Notes under the pieces: model-generated | Database searches by the model: none | Told to the model about the DNA's origin: nothing | The model's input: the letters and a program-made list of their open reading frames with translations, nothing else | Program-made: the position numbers and the translations under genes | Shown here: positions 34,407-60,606 of the stretch, in pieces | Numbering within the stretch: position 1 is the first letter of the stretch | Layout: every line of letters starts with the position of its first letter | Assembly (NCBI RefSeq): GCF_009914755.1 | Contig: NC_060943.1 | DNA length: 64,000 nucleotides | DNA from: the human T2T-CHM13v2.0 reference genome, Homo sapiens | Reading direction: 5' to 3' (one strand)

Positions 34407-34437
34407 GGTGGCAGTGCCCTGCCGCAGCCCCGCGCGC

Positions 34438-34480
34438 TTTTATGCGCCCGACCCGTGGGAAGGGACAAGCTGCGAGATAA
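34438..34480 (-). promoter_or_regulatory. SYCN: SYCN core promoter: TATA-like CATAAAA, PTF1-like E-box/TC-box and GATA site
   Basis: CATAAAA 34438-34444; TTCCCACG 34454-34461; CAGCTT 34467-34472; AGATAA 34475-34480. Confidence 0.7.
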
Positions 34481-35822
34481 GGACTCATCGAGGGAAGGGG
34501 AGGGCGCCCCTCCCTCAGGAGCCGGGAGACCTGCCTAACCTAGGTCGGAAGCCCACAACCCTGAGTACAAGGTGGACGCTGTGTATACAACTTAGCACCT
34601 TAAGATGTTAGGTGACCAACAACATTATAAAGAGAGACAATAGACAGAACTTGAGGAGGAGTCATTTGCAACACAGAGGGTGGCATAGGTTAATAGACAG
34701 AAATGGGAAGAGCTCTTAAAAATTGACAAGGGGCTTGCTGGTTGCTCACGCCTGTAATCCCAGCACTTTGGGAGGCCTAGACGGGTGGATCGCTTGGGCC
34801 CAGGAGTTTGAGACCAGTCTGGGCAACATAGCAAGATCCCATCCCTACTGAAAAATAAAATTAGCTCAGCGTGGTGGCATGGCCTGTAGTCCCATCTACT
34901 CACAAAGCAGAGGCGGAAGGATCGCTTGAGCCCGGGAGTTCGAGGCTGCAGTGAGCCGAGATCGTTTCACTGCACTCCAGCCTGGGCAACAAAGACAGGA
35001 AAAAAAAGATAAGGAATGGAACAACCCTTATTCTAAATAAGGAAAGACTGGGAGGGGGAGGCAGGAGTGGGAGGCTGGGGCCTCCTGGCTGGGCAGGCTC
35101 CCTCCCTGGGAGGCAGGACCTTGGGAAAGGAGAAGCTGGAGATAAGGATAGAGGCCCTCGTGGTGGGGCGGGGGGGGGCAGGTAGAGAAGGAGATGGGGA
35201 GGAGCCCAACGCCCCACCCCCCACCCCCACCAGGCTCAGACTGGGCAATCTTCCCAACCAAGGCTGGCAATCCAGAATCTGTGAAGTACAAGATAGCAGT
35301 ATTTGCATAACACGTTAAAAACCTTTTGCAAGACAGTGTACAAAGGCTTGAGGAGATATTTGCAACATTTCAAAAGCATAGCATTGCAAGCTATAATATA
35401 TAAAGAGTGCACACAGGTTGGGCGCGGTGACTCACGCCTGTAATCACAATACTTTGGGAGACTGAGGCAGGTGGATCATTTGAGGCCAGGAGTTCGAGAC
35501 CAGCCTGGCCAACATGATGAAACCCCGTCTCTACTTAAAGTACAAAAATTAGCCAGGCGTGGTGGCACATGCCTGTAGTCCCAGCTACTCGGGAGGCTGA
35601 GGGATGAGAATCACTTGAACCCAGAAGGTGGAAGTTGCAGTGAGCCGAGATCGCGTCAAAAAAAAAGAGTGCATACAAATTGACAAGAAATGCACTCCTC
35701 CCTCCCACATGCTAAGGACAGGCCTAGGAGAGGGAGAGGGAGGGAACAGCCTGCAACTCCCACCCCAGGAGCCAGGAGACTTTCTTAACTAAGGTTGGAA
35801 ATCTTCAATCTATAAAACTTCA

Positions 35823-37043
<1,221 letters not shown>

Positions 37044-38029
37044 TTAGAGAAGGGATCGGCCTTTGCTAAGTGCCATATGAGCATTTGCCATCATCATCAC
37101 CACCATCTTTTTTTTTTTTTTTTAAGAGATAGTCTCACTCCGTCTCCCAGGTCTGCAGCCTCAACCTCCTGGGCTTAAGCAATCCTCCCACCTCAGCTTC
37201 CCAAGTAGAGAACATGCCACCACAGGCCCGCACCACCACACTCTGCTAATTTTTTGGTTTTTTTTGTAGAGATGGGGTTTCACCATGTTGCCCAGGCTGG
37301 TCTCGAACTCTTGGGCTCAATCGGTCCTCCTGCCTCCCACAGTGCTGGGATCACAGGTATGAGCCACTGCACCCGGTGCATCATTATTATTATTAAAACC
37401 TTTAGCACAGTGCCTGGCACATAGTAAGGACTCAATAAACCTCAACCATCACAACAACATAACACCAACAATTTGCTGTTATCCACAGTCACTCAGCTAA
37501 ACCTATGCCCTGCTGGTCCTCCTTAGATGCTGTGGCTTCCACCTCGGGTGGGGTAGGGCTGTTGTAGAGAGCCAAAGACTGGAAACACTTGGAAGTGGGT
37601 TCGGATGTTTACTCTGCCACCTGCTTGCTGAGCAACCTTGGGAAAATGAACTTACCTCTCTGAGCTTCAGTTTCCTCCTACCTTCAATGGGATAATAGAA
37701 AATGAGGTCTCATGAGCCAGGCATGATGGCACATGCCCATAGTCCCAGTTACTTAGGAGGCCAAGGCAGGAGGATCACTTGAGTCCAGGAGGTCGAGGCT
37801 GCATTGAGCTGTGATTGCATCACTGTGCTCCAGCCTGGGCAATAGACGGAAACCCTGTCTCAAAAAAAAAAAAAAAAAAAAAAAAAGACGTCTCTATAAA
37901 GTAATTTACAACTGATATAATACATTATGAACAATCCATATAATTGTTATTTATAAATATAATATAGGCTGGGCACGGTGGTTCATGCCTGTAATCCTGG
38001 CACTCTGGGAGGCCGAGGCGGGAGGATCA

Positions 38030-38440
<411 letters not shown>

Positions 38441-38777
38441 CTAACAGCTCTGAGACCCTGGCCATTGGCCTGGCCCTGCCCAGGGATCCTTCTTTCTCAT
38501 TTCCTTTTGTGATCCCTTGAAATCTAATCTCCAGCTGCTGACTTCCCAGAGAGCCTCCTTGGTCCCAGGGGCACAGAACACCCACCCTCTGGCTCTGCAC
38601 CGCCCCAGACACAGGGATGGAGGACAGCAGAGTCACTTAGAGTCCTGCCCACCCCGGAGGGCCATGAACTTCAGACACAGAGAGCGACATGGCTAGGGAG
38701 ACCCTGACAGGGAGACAGACACAGGCACAGGAAGGAACACGGAAACCACTGAGGCACAGTACACAGCCCGTGTCTGA

Positions 38778-39403
<626 letters not shown>

Positions 39404-39540
39404 TAGACTGGTCTCAAAATCCTGGCCTCAAGCAATCCTCCCACCTGAGCCTCCCAAAGTGCTGGGATTATAGGCATGAGCCACCACACATCATGTGAAA
39501 TCTCACACACACACATCTGACTTGTTCACATAAGCACACG

Positions 39541-39541
<1 letters not shown>

Positions 39542-39577
<36 letters not shown>
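39542..39577. repeat. (CA)n microsatellite
   Basis: Direct reading. Confidence 0.95.
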
Positions 39578-39579
<2 letters not shown>

Positions 39580-39879
39580 CGCACAGCGTCCTCATCCAGA
39601 AACAATTTCCTCAGTATTTATTAACACAAACTAGACAAATGGTAGAAAAGCGAACATCTTATTACACAATTTTTTCTAATAGGAGAATGTCCTGCCCTTG
39701 AGGAACCATGAGCCCTTGAGAATGTCAGATGGTAAATAAATCAATAATTCGAACACAACGTGAAAAGAGTTAGAACAGGGGCATACAAAGGAATGCAATG
39801 GGAAGAATGACAGGTTGGTTTGTTTGTTTCATATCCACTGATATATTTTGGTTTGTATAATAAGGAATCCTCTTTTCAG

Positions 39880-42600
<2,721 letters not shown>

Positions 42601-43063
42601 GGTGGGGAGTGAAAACCCTAAGCCAAGCCCAGATTGGGGACAGGGTTTCGCTGGTAGCAGGGCCCGGGAAGGGGGAACCCAGAAGCGCTCAGGAGGTGGC
42701 GCCATAGCACAGAGATTGAGTGGGTCCAGGACTGTGGGTTCAAATCCTGCCTCTGCCTTTTATGGGCTGTGTGAGTTTGAGCAACTTACTCAGCCTCTCT
42801 AAGCTTCAGTTTCCCTCATGCATGAAGTGGACACAATACACACACAAAAACTGCTTACGTGTTCTTAGAGTTTTGAGATTTGTAGGGAGGTTTCCTGTTT
42901 CTTATTGCTTAATATTGGTCATCGATACATTCTGTCTCGCTCTCTCTTATTTTTTAAAATGTTATTAATTTTTATCAGGCACTCTCTGAGCCAGAGTAGT
43001 CTCAGAGACTCCCTCATTTTTTCTTTTCTTTTTTTTTTTTTTTTTTTTTTTTTTTTGAGATAG

Positions 43064-43162
<99 letters not shown>

Positions 43163-43181
43163 TGAGTAGCTGGGACTATAG

Positions 43182-43334
<153 letters not shown>

Positions 43335-44227
43335 TGACCTCATTTTTTCTCTATCAGTTTTGATTTATAATTGCAAAACTTTTTTTTTTTTAGATGGAGT
43401 TTTGCTCTTGTTGCTCAGGCTGGAGTGCAGTGGTGCAATCTCGGCTCACTGCAACCTCTGCCTCCTGGGTTTAAGTGATTCTCGTGCCTCAGCCCCCTGA
43501 GTAGCTGGTATTACAGGCACCCGCCACCACACCTGGCTAACTTTTGTATTTTTAGTAGAAACAGGGTTTCACCATGTTGGCCAGGGGCTGATCTCGAGCT
43601 CCTGACCTCAAGTGATCCACCCGCCTCAGCCTCCCAAAGTACTGAGATTACAGGCATGAGCCACCGCATCTGGCCTTATAATTGCAACATCTTTATTAGA
43701 CTCTTCGCCAATGATAACTAACAGTTGGCTTTGTGGGTTCGGGTTCTCCTATTGTACATTTGTTTCTTTAATTTGATCTTATTTCATTAATGATAAATAG
43801 CATTAGTTACCATTGTGGATTTGGTTATTATACCTTTTTTTTGTTTGTTTGTTTTGAGTTAAGGTGTTGCTCTGTCACCCAGGCTGGAGTGCAGTGGTAT
43901 GATCACAGCTAATTGCAGCCTCAACCTCCTGGGTTCAAGCAATCCTCCTGCCTCAGCCTCCAGAGTATCTGAGAATGTGCCACCATACCCAGCTATTTTT
44001 TTTTTTTTTTAGTACAGCTGGGTCTCACTCTGTTGCCCAGGCTGTTCTTGAACTCTTGGGCCCAAGCAATCCTCCTGTCTCAGCCTTCCCAGTAGCTGGG
44101 ACTATGGGTGCATGCCACCATGCCCAGCTAATATTTTTTCTTTTTGTAGAGATGGGATCACTCACTGTGTTGCCAAGCTGCTTTCAATCTCCTGGGCTCA
44201 AGTGATCCTCCTGCCTCGGCCTGCTAA

Positions 44228-44666
<439 letters not shown>

Positions 44667-44783
44667 TAAGATAGATGGTTAGCTGGCTTATTTTCAGCCT
44701 CGTTCCTTTTCCCACATTTGTATTTAAGGCTTTACACTTTTTTTGTGGGATTGTTGTGTGTCTTACATAAGCAAAAAGTATAG

Positions 44784-44988
<205 letters not shown>

Positions 44989-45204
44989 TAGCTGAAATTA
45001 TAGGTGTGCACTACCACACCTGGCTAATTTTTGTATTTTTTAAAATAGAGATGGGGTTTCCCTATATTGGCCAAGGTGGTCCCGAGCTCCTGATGTTAGG
45101 TGATCCACCTGCCTCAACTTCCCAAAGTGTGATTATTATTATTCTTATTAATCAGGAGCTTTAGAGTCAGAGAAAGATTCAAGCAAGAAGTTTGGATTAA
45201 TTAT

Positions 45205-46532
<1,328 letters not shown>

Positions 46533-46984
46533 CAAAAATTAGTATTTTGTTTTACAAATGAGGAGTATTCTTGTCTTTCATATGAAGGGAGACAGCTACC
46601 AAGGCTGTCTGGGGCTCCAGTGTCAGGGCCCAGGCTCCTTCTGTCTTGTTGCTCCAGCATCAAATGTGGCTTTTTCTTGTGGCCCAATATGGCTGCTTGA
46701 GCTCCATCCTTCCCATCTACATCCCAGTCAACATGTGGAGGAAGGGAGGGAGGGAAGAAGAAGGAAATGCTCTTCCAGGAGCATGGTACATGACACTCCT
46801 GTCTACATCTTGCTGCCAGAACTTAGCTAGAGATGGGCACTCAATGCCTCAAAAAGATGGATCTAGGCCAGGCGCAGTGGCTCACACCTGTAATCCCAGC
46901 ACTTTGGGAGGCCGAGGCAGGCGGATTACGAGGTTAGGAGTTCAAGACCAGCCTGGCCAAAGTGGTGAAACCCCATCTCTACTA

Positions 46985-47200
<216 letters not shown>

Positions 47201-47371
47201 TCACAAATCAAATTTCCTATTACTGAAGGAAGAACAGATATTGAGGCCATGTCACAGATTGAAGGAATAAGAAGCACATTGAAGGGATGACAGAGTCAGA
47301 GAGGACATAGATGTCCAGGAAAAAGTGGAATCCAGCCTTTCTACAATCTGGGTACAGTAGAAAGAAGGGGG

Positions 47372-48175
<804 letters not shown>

Positions 48176-48985
48176 AACTCTGCCCTAAAATCTCCCTTAT
48201 TCCCTAAGAGATATAACTGGGGGAGGAGATCCCCTGCGAAGGTGGGTGTTGGCTGAAGTCCTTCAGGGAACCAAAATGATTCTGGGGGGCTGGGAGAGGG
48301 GACTTCCAGTAGGCAAGGGGCAGATTCGAGTGACTGGTGTCACTTTGCTCAAAAGTAGTAGTAGGCTGGGTGTGGTGGTTCACACCTATAATCCCAGTAC
48401 TTTCGGAGGCCAAGCCAGGAGGATTGCTTGAGCCCGGGAGTTTGAGACCAGCCTGGGCAACATAGTAAGACCCTGTTGCTACTAAAAATTTAAAAATTAG
48501 CCCGGTGTGGTTGCTGTAGAGAGGGAACAGCCCCTGCTACTGGGGAGGCTGAGGTGGGAGCATCACTTGAGCCCAGGCGATCCAGGCTGCAGTGAGCTAT
48601 AATTGCACCATTGCATTCCAGCCTGGGCAACACAGCAAGACCCTGTCTCAAAAAAAAAAAAAAAAAGAAGTAGTAGTAATAAAAAGAATGATAAAAATGG
48701 CAGTAATAAAAAGAATACCAATAACAACTACCGGCATGTGCATCTTTATTGCATGCCGGACTCTCCGCTAATAGCCTTACACACGTGTTCTTTTATCTTC
48801 ATAGCTACCCTATGGGACAATGAGTCCATCAAAATGGGCTGCATTTTCCTGCAGTAACAAATGACCTCAAGTCTCAGCGGCTTACGCCTGCGAAGGCTGA
48901 TTGCCTGCTTACACCGTGTGCTCATCCCAGGACACTTTGGTGCTGTGCTTGTCATTGTCCTCACCCAGGCTGAGAGAGCAGCTAA

Positions 48986-49379
<394 letters not shown>

Positions 49380-49606
49380 TGAGCCACCACGCCCAGCCAC
49401 ATTTTAAAATTTTACAAGTGACTTCATAAAGTAGATGAAAACGTTGCCCTTGTGGAGATTACACTCCAGTAGAGGGAGACAGGCAATAAACAATTTAAAA
49501 TAAATGTAGTTGCCAGGCACGGTGGCTCACACCTGTAATCCTCGAAACTTGGGAGGCTGAGGCGGGCAGATTGCATGAGGCCAGGAGTTCGAGACCAGCC
49601 TGGTCA

Positions 49607-49858
<252 letters not shown>

Positions 49859-50525
49859 CTATGGAGACAAGTACAGCCGGGAGGGAGGATGGAGTGAGGC
49901 GGGTGCCCTTTTGAATAGCGTGATCAGGGGACCCTCATGCAGAAGCATTTGGTCGAAGACTCGAGGAGGAGAAGGAGGGAGACATGGTGATACTGGGGGA
50001 AGAGCATTCGAGGTAGAGGGAACAGCCAGTGCAAAGGAATATTTGAGGAATAGCAAGGAGTGGACAGAGGTAGACGGAGAAAGGGAGGAGATGAGGTCAG
50101 AGTGGTCACAGGGGCAGGTCATGGGGGCCTCACGTAAGGTCTTTGTCACTAAATATATAAAGTGAATGATTCGGGTCACTCCCTTTACCCTGAGTGACAT
50201 GGAGCCATGGGCAGATTCTGAGCAGGGGAGGGACATGACCTGCCTCAGGTGTTCACTTCTGGACATCAATGTCATGGGCTTAAAACAGTCACATGGCCAG
50301 ATCCAACATCAAAGGGCACAGAAGTACACTCTGCCTTTGGCAAGTCCGTGGCGAGGGTATAGATGGAGGGAGGGGTGAAGAATTTGCATCAGTAACTGGA
50401 TCTTCCCCAGGAGTCATCACTGTAGCAGTGGGGTTGGGTTTTAAACCATGAGAATAGACAACTGCATCACAGATAGATGCGGGAGAAGGCTGGGGCTGAG
50501 CCCTGGGGTAGTCCAGTGTTTTTGA

Positions 50526-50765
<240 letters not shown>

Positions 50766-51741
50766 TAGCCAGGATGGTCTCGATCTCTTGACCTCGTGAT
50801 CCGCCCGCCTTGGCCTCCCAAAGTGCTGGGATTACAGGCGTGAGCCACTGCACCCAGCCTGTTTCTGTTTTTGAGATGGAGTCCCAGTCTGTCACCCAAG
50901 CTGGAGTTCAGTAGCACGATCTTGGCTCACTGCAACCTCCACCTCCCAGGTTCAAGCAATTCTCCCTGTCTCAGCCTCCTGAGAGGCTGGGATTACAGGC
51001 ACCTGCCACCATGTCCGACTCATTTTTGAATTTTTTAGTAGAGACTGGGTTTTGCCAGGTTGGCCAGGCTGGTCTTGAACTCCTGGCCTCAGGTGATCCA
51101 CCCGCCTCGGCCTCCTAAAGTGCTGGGATTACAGGCTTGAGTCACCAGGCCTGGCCTTTGTTTTTGTTTGTTAACATAGGATCTTGTTCTGTCATCCAGG
51201 CTGGAGTGCAGTGGTGCCATATCATAGTTCACTGAAGCCTCCGCCTCCTGGGCTCAAGAGATCCTCCCACTTCAGCCTCCCAAAGTGCTGGGATTACAGG
51301 CGTGAGCCACCATGGCTGGCAGATGCCAGTGTTTAGAAATGAGGAGGGAGAGGAAGAATAAGCAAAAGAGACCGAGGAGGAGCAGACAGTGTCAGGAGGG
51401 GACCTAGACCATGGAAGGACGTGAAGAATGTGTCTCAGCAGCAGAGGGTCATCACCCATGTCACCACTGCTGACACATCAGGAAAGATGGAACTGAGAAG
51501 TTAGTTACTCCTGGATTCAGCAACATGGAGGTCATTGGTTGTCTTGACAAGAGCTGAATCTGCAGTGGTTGGGGCAAAAGCCTCATTGGAATGTGTGGAA
51601 AAGAGACACAGGGGAAGAGGAAGTAGAGACAAGAGGAAGTAGGAAGAGAAGAAGAGGATGGAGACAATGCTTGACAATTGTTGCTGAAAAGACAAGCAGA
51701 GGAATGGAGTAGAAGCTGGAGGGGTAGGGGTGGAGATAGAA

Positions 51742-52056
51742 TTTCTTTTCTTTCTTTCTTTTCTTTCTTTTCTTTCTTTCTTTCTTTCTTTCTCTTTCTC
51801 TTTCTCTCCCTTCCTGCCTTCCTTCTTTGTTCCCTCTCTTCCTCCTTCCTTTCTCTCTTTTACTTCCTTCCTTACTTACTTTTCTTCTCCTTCTCCTTCT
51901 TCTAATTTCTTTCTTTCTTTCCTTTCTTCTTTCTCCTTCCTTCCTTCTTCCTTCCCTCCTTCCTTCCTCCCTTCCCTTCCCCTTCCTTCCTTCCTTCCTT
52001 TCCTTCCTTCCTCCCTTCCTCCCTCCCTCCTTTCTTTCCTTCCTTCCTTCCTTCCT

Positions 52057-52103
<47 letters not shown>

Positions 52104-52104
52104 G

Positions 52105-52144
<40 letters not shown>
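51742..52144. repeat. About 400-bp polypyrimidine compound microsatellite (TTTC/TTCC/TC) at an antisense Alu tail
   Basis: Direct reading; only a handful of purines. Confidence 0.95.
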
Positions 52145-52982
52145 ATCTTGCTCTGTCACCTAGGCTGGAATGCACGATCATAGCTCACTGCAGCCTCCAA
52201 ACTCCTGGGCTTCAGTGATCTTCCCACCGCAGCCTCCCAAAAGTGCTGGGATTACAAGCATGAGCCACTGTTCCTGTCCAGAATTTCATTAAATAAGGTG
52301 CAACTGATGATGCAAGAATGTGGGGAGAACTGTGGAGCATGTTCTTGAGAGAGAGGGTGGGACACAGAGGCCAAGTGGAGAAGTTGGGCTTGGAAAGGAG
52401 GTTGGGGATCATATCATATTGGAACAGGAGGATAGCAGAGTATCTAGGCCTAGACGCTGGGAAGTAAGTAGAGCTGCTGGTGGGAGCACAGGGGATTTCT
52501 CTTCTATGGCTTCTGTGTTTTCAGTGGAAGAAACAAAGCCATCCGTGAGCGTGGACATGTGGGAGGAAGAGTTGGAGGTTTAAGAAGAGAGGACACAGCT
52601 GAGAGCGGTTGCCCACGCCTGTAATCCCAGCACTTTGGGACACCAAGTTGGGCAGATCACTTAAGGTCAGGAGTTCGAGACCAGCCTGACCAACATGGTA
52701 AAACCCCGTCTCTACTAAAAATACAAACATTAGCCGAGTGTGGTGGCACACACCTGTAATCCCAGCTCCTCAGGAGGCTGAGGCCAGAGGATCGCTTGAG
52801 CCCAGGAGGCAGAGGTTGCAGTGAGCCAAGATTGCACCACTGCACTGCAGACTGGGGGACATAGTGAAATTCCATCTCAAAAAAAAAAAGCAAATCTGGC
52901 TAGATGGGCAAGGCAGGAAGATTGCTTGAGCTCAGGAGTTTGAGACCAGCCTGGGCAACATGGCGAGACCCCGTCTCTACTA

Positions 52983-53210
<228 letters not shown>

Positions 53211-54450
53211 TTATGATAAGTTAGAAGGTGATATATGCTATAAAAAAAGTAATACAGTACAAGATATCAGGAGCACTTGTGTGTAATTCCAAAAGTGCTG
53301 GAATTACAGGCATGAGCCACCGCGCCCGGCCCAAAAAAACTTTAAAAACGGGGGACACTGGGTGCGGTGGCTCACGCCTGTAATCCCAGCACTTTGGGAG
53401 GCCGAGGCAGGAGGATCACTTGAGGTCAGGAGTTCGAGACCAGCCTAACCACCGTGCTGAAACCCCGTCTCTACTAAAAATACAAAAATTAGCCAGGCGT
53501 AGTGGTGCACGCCTGTAATTTCAGCTACCTAGAGGCTGAGGCAAGAGAATCGCTTGAACCCAGGAGGTGGTTGCAGTGAGCCGAGATCGCACCACTGCAC
53601 TCCAGTCTAGGCAACAGAGTGAGACTCTGTCTCATAAATAAATAAATAAATAATTTTAAAAAAGAAACTCTAGCCAGGCATGGTGGTTCATGCCTGTAAT
53701 CCCAGCATTTTGGGAGACCAAGGTGAGGGAATCACTTGAGTCCAGGAGTTCAAGACCAGCCTGAGCAATGTAGTAAGAATCCATCTCTACAAAAAAAAAA
53801 AAAAAAATTAGCCACACATGGTTCCAGTTACTCAGGAGGCTGAGTGGGGGGCATCACTTGCCCCTGGGAGATTGAGGCTGTGGTGAGCTGTCATCACCCA
53901 CTGCACTCCAGCCTGGGTGACAGAGCCAGACCCCATCTCAAATAAGTAAATAAACAAAAAACAAAACAAAACAAAACAAACAAAAACAGCTTGTAGAGAT
54001 GAAACAAAGCACCCTGCTCTAGCAGACAGTGGAGTTCAGAACCACGGAGAGCAGCCCAGTGGTGCTGCCTTCCCGGCAACTGTACTAGCTCCTCTCATGG
54101 GGGTTTCCATTGGCCAATCCCTTCCTTAGATCATTGTTCTGAAGATGACAAGGAAACCTTTAGGATCAAAGTCTTTGCTGCTATTGGCTTGTCAGGTGGC
54201 CCAATTTGAATCTGAACTGGAGTTCGTTTGTATACACAATCATAAAACTAATTTGTCCTTTTTGACATCAGAATTGGAGATACATGAATGTAGGATGTAT
54301 TAGACTGCCTTGTCATTCAAAGCAAGGAATTAATTCTTCCCTTACAAAGCAAGGAATTAATTTCTTGGGGAAAATTATAAATCTCTGACTTATTTACCTC
54401 AGGCTTGGCTATGTCACGTGTTTTTGCCAGTGAAATGGGAGAGGAAGTAA

Positions 54451-54792
<342 letters not shown>

Positions 54793-55954
54793 TGAACAGA
54801 AACTCCGAGAGCCAGTGCATCGTCCACTACGGGCTCTACTGTAAGACCAGCAATAAGATGCTTAAGATGATTTTGGCTGCAAGTAACAGGGCAAGACCCT
54901 GTTTTTTAAAAAAGGAAAGAAACAAAGAAAAGGAAGGAAGTTTTGAAAATAGAGGAAAAGGGAGGGGCAATTTATGGAGGAATGAGACAGGAGGGGCCAG
55001 GGCCAGGCACCGGCCCAAGTTAGGAAGAAAGGGCACTCATCCCTCATGACAGGGAGCAGGGCAAGTGTGGGGCCAGGTAGGAGATGAGGAAGGTCCACCC
55101 AGCAGCTTCTGTGAAGTAGATGGCAAAGTAATGCATTTGGAGAGGGGCAGGGTGACAGGTAGTGGATATGAGGAAGCAGAGAAGGGTTGAAAAAGCCAGA
55201 GTGAAACTTTGAAGAGACAAGTGTTTGAAGAAGTGGTGTTGCCACAAGAGGGGGCAGTTGAAAGAGCCTGGTGCCCCCAGATGATTCATCCCTTCTCCGA
55301 CCCCATGGACACCAAACACAAGAACGTTGACAGCTTCATACCGTGGCAGCTTTGGGGAATGGTGATGGCAGAGCAGGCCCATTGAGCCAGAGTTCTTCAA
55401 CTTTGAGGGAAACTCATCTTTCCTTTTCATGGGTTTCATCAAGGATGATTTTGGCTGCAAGTAATAGAAAACCCTAACTCATTTGAGAGGCTGACGTAGG
55501 CAGATCACGAGGTCAGGAGTTCGAGACCATCCTGGCTAACATGGTGAAACCCCGTCTCTACGAAAAATACAAAAAAATTAGCCGGATGTAGTGGCAGGCG
55601 CCTGTAGTCCCAGCTACTCAGGAGGCTGAGGCAGAAGAATGGCATGAATCAAGAGGTGGAGCTTGCAATGAGCTGAGATCTCACCACTGTACTCCAGCTT
55701 GGGTGACAGAACGAGAGACTCTGTCTCAAAAAAAAAAAAAAAACCCTAACTCAACTGGCTTTTAAATTTGTATATATATCCCAAGTAGCTGGCATTACAC
55801 CACGACACCCAGCTAATTTTTTTATTTTTAGTAGAGTTGGGGTTTCTCCATGTTGGCCGGCTGGTCTCGAACTCCTGACCTCAGGCGATTTGCCCACCTT
55901 GATCTCCCAAAGTGTTGAGATTACAGGCATGAGCCACCGCGCCCGACTAACGCA

Positions 55955-59838
<3,884 letters not shown>

Positions 59839-60126
59839 GGCCAGGCATGGTGGCTCACGCCTGTAATCCAGCCCTTTGGGAGGCCAAGGTGGGTGAATCA
59901 TTTGAGCCCAGGAGTTTGAGACCAGCCTGGGCAATATAGTGAGACTCCTGTCTTTACAAAAAATAAAGAATAAAAAAATTAGCTGGGCATGGTGGCACAC
60001 ACCTGTAGTCCCAGCTACTCAGGAGGCTGAGGCAGGAGAATCGCTTGAGCCAGGGAGGCTGAGGCCACGGTGAGTCATGATCTCACCACTACCTGCAGCC
60101 TGGGCAACAGAGCAAGACCCTGTCTC

Positions 60127-60497
60127 AAAAAAAAAAGAAAGGAAAGGAAAGGAGAGGGCAGGGGAGGGGAGGGGAGGGGAGAGAAGGGGAAAGGAGAGGG
60201 GATAAAGGAGAGGAGAGAAAGGAAAGGGGGGAAGGGAAAGGGGAAAGGAAAGGAAAAGAAAGGAGAGGAGAGGAGAGGAGGGGGAGGGGGAGGGGAGGGG
60301 AGGGAGGAAGGAAAGGAAAGGAAAGGAAAGGAAAGGAAAGGAAAGGAAAGGAAAGGAAAGGAAAGGAAAGGAAAGGAAAGGAAAGGAAAGGAAAGGAAAG
60401 GAAAGGAAAGGAAAGGAAAGGAAAGGAAAGGAAAGGAAAGGAAAGGAAAGGAAAGGAAAGGAAAGGAAAGGAAAGGAAAGGAAAGGAAAGGAAAAAG
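60127..60497. repeat. Polypurine tract ending in a pure (GGAAA)37 array at 60310-60494
   Basis: Direct count: 185 nt of perfect pentamer following an Alu A-tail. Confidence 0.95.
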
Positions 60498-60575
60498 TCT
60501 GGGGTTGGCAGATGCCAGACACAGAATGTTCATAATTAATTACGTCATCCTAATTCAGTCCCAAGCCCCTTCCAG

Positions 60576-60606
<31 letters not shown>

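Noticed and set aside
39600-39810. Minus-strand resemblance to an interferon-lambda 3' UTR end (ttttctac...aataaa...tgaggaaa)
   Set aside because: Better explained as a degenerate L2 3' end (tatttatt...cctgccctt...aaataaat); no IFNL coding exons found in the window
51583-52218. Long K/E/R-rich and F/L/S-rich ORFs
   Set aside because: Translations of a stop-free purine/pyrimidine microsatellite
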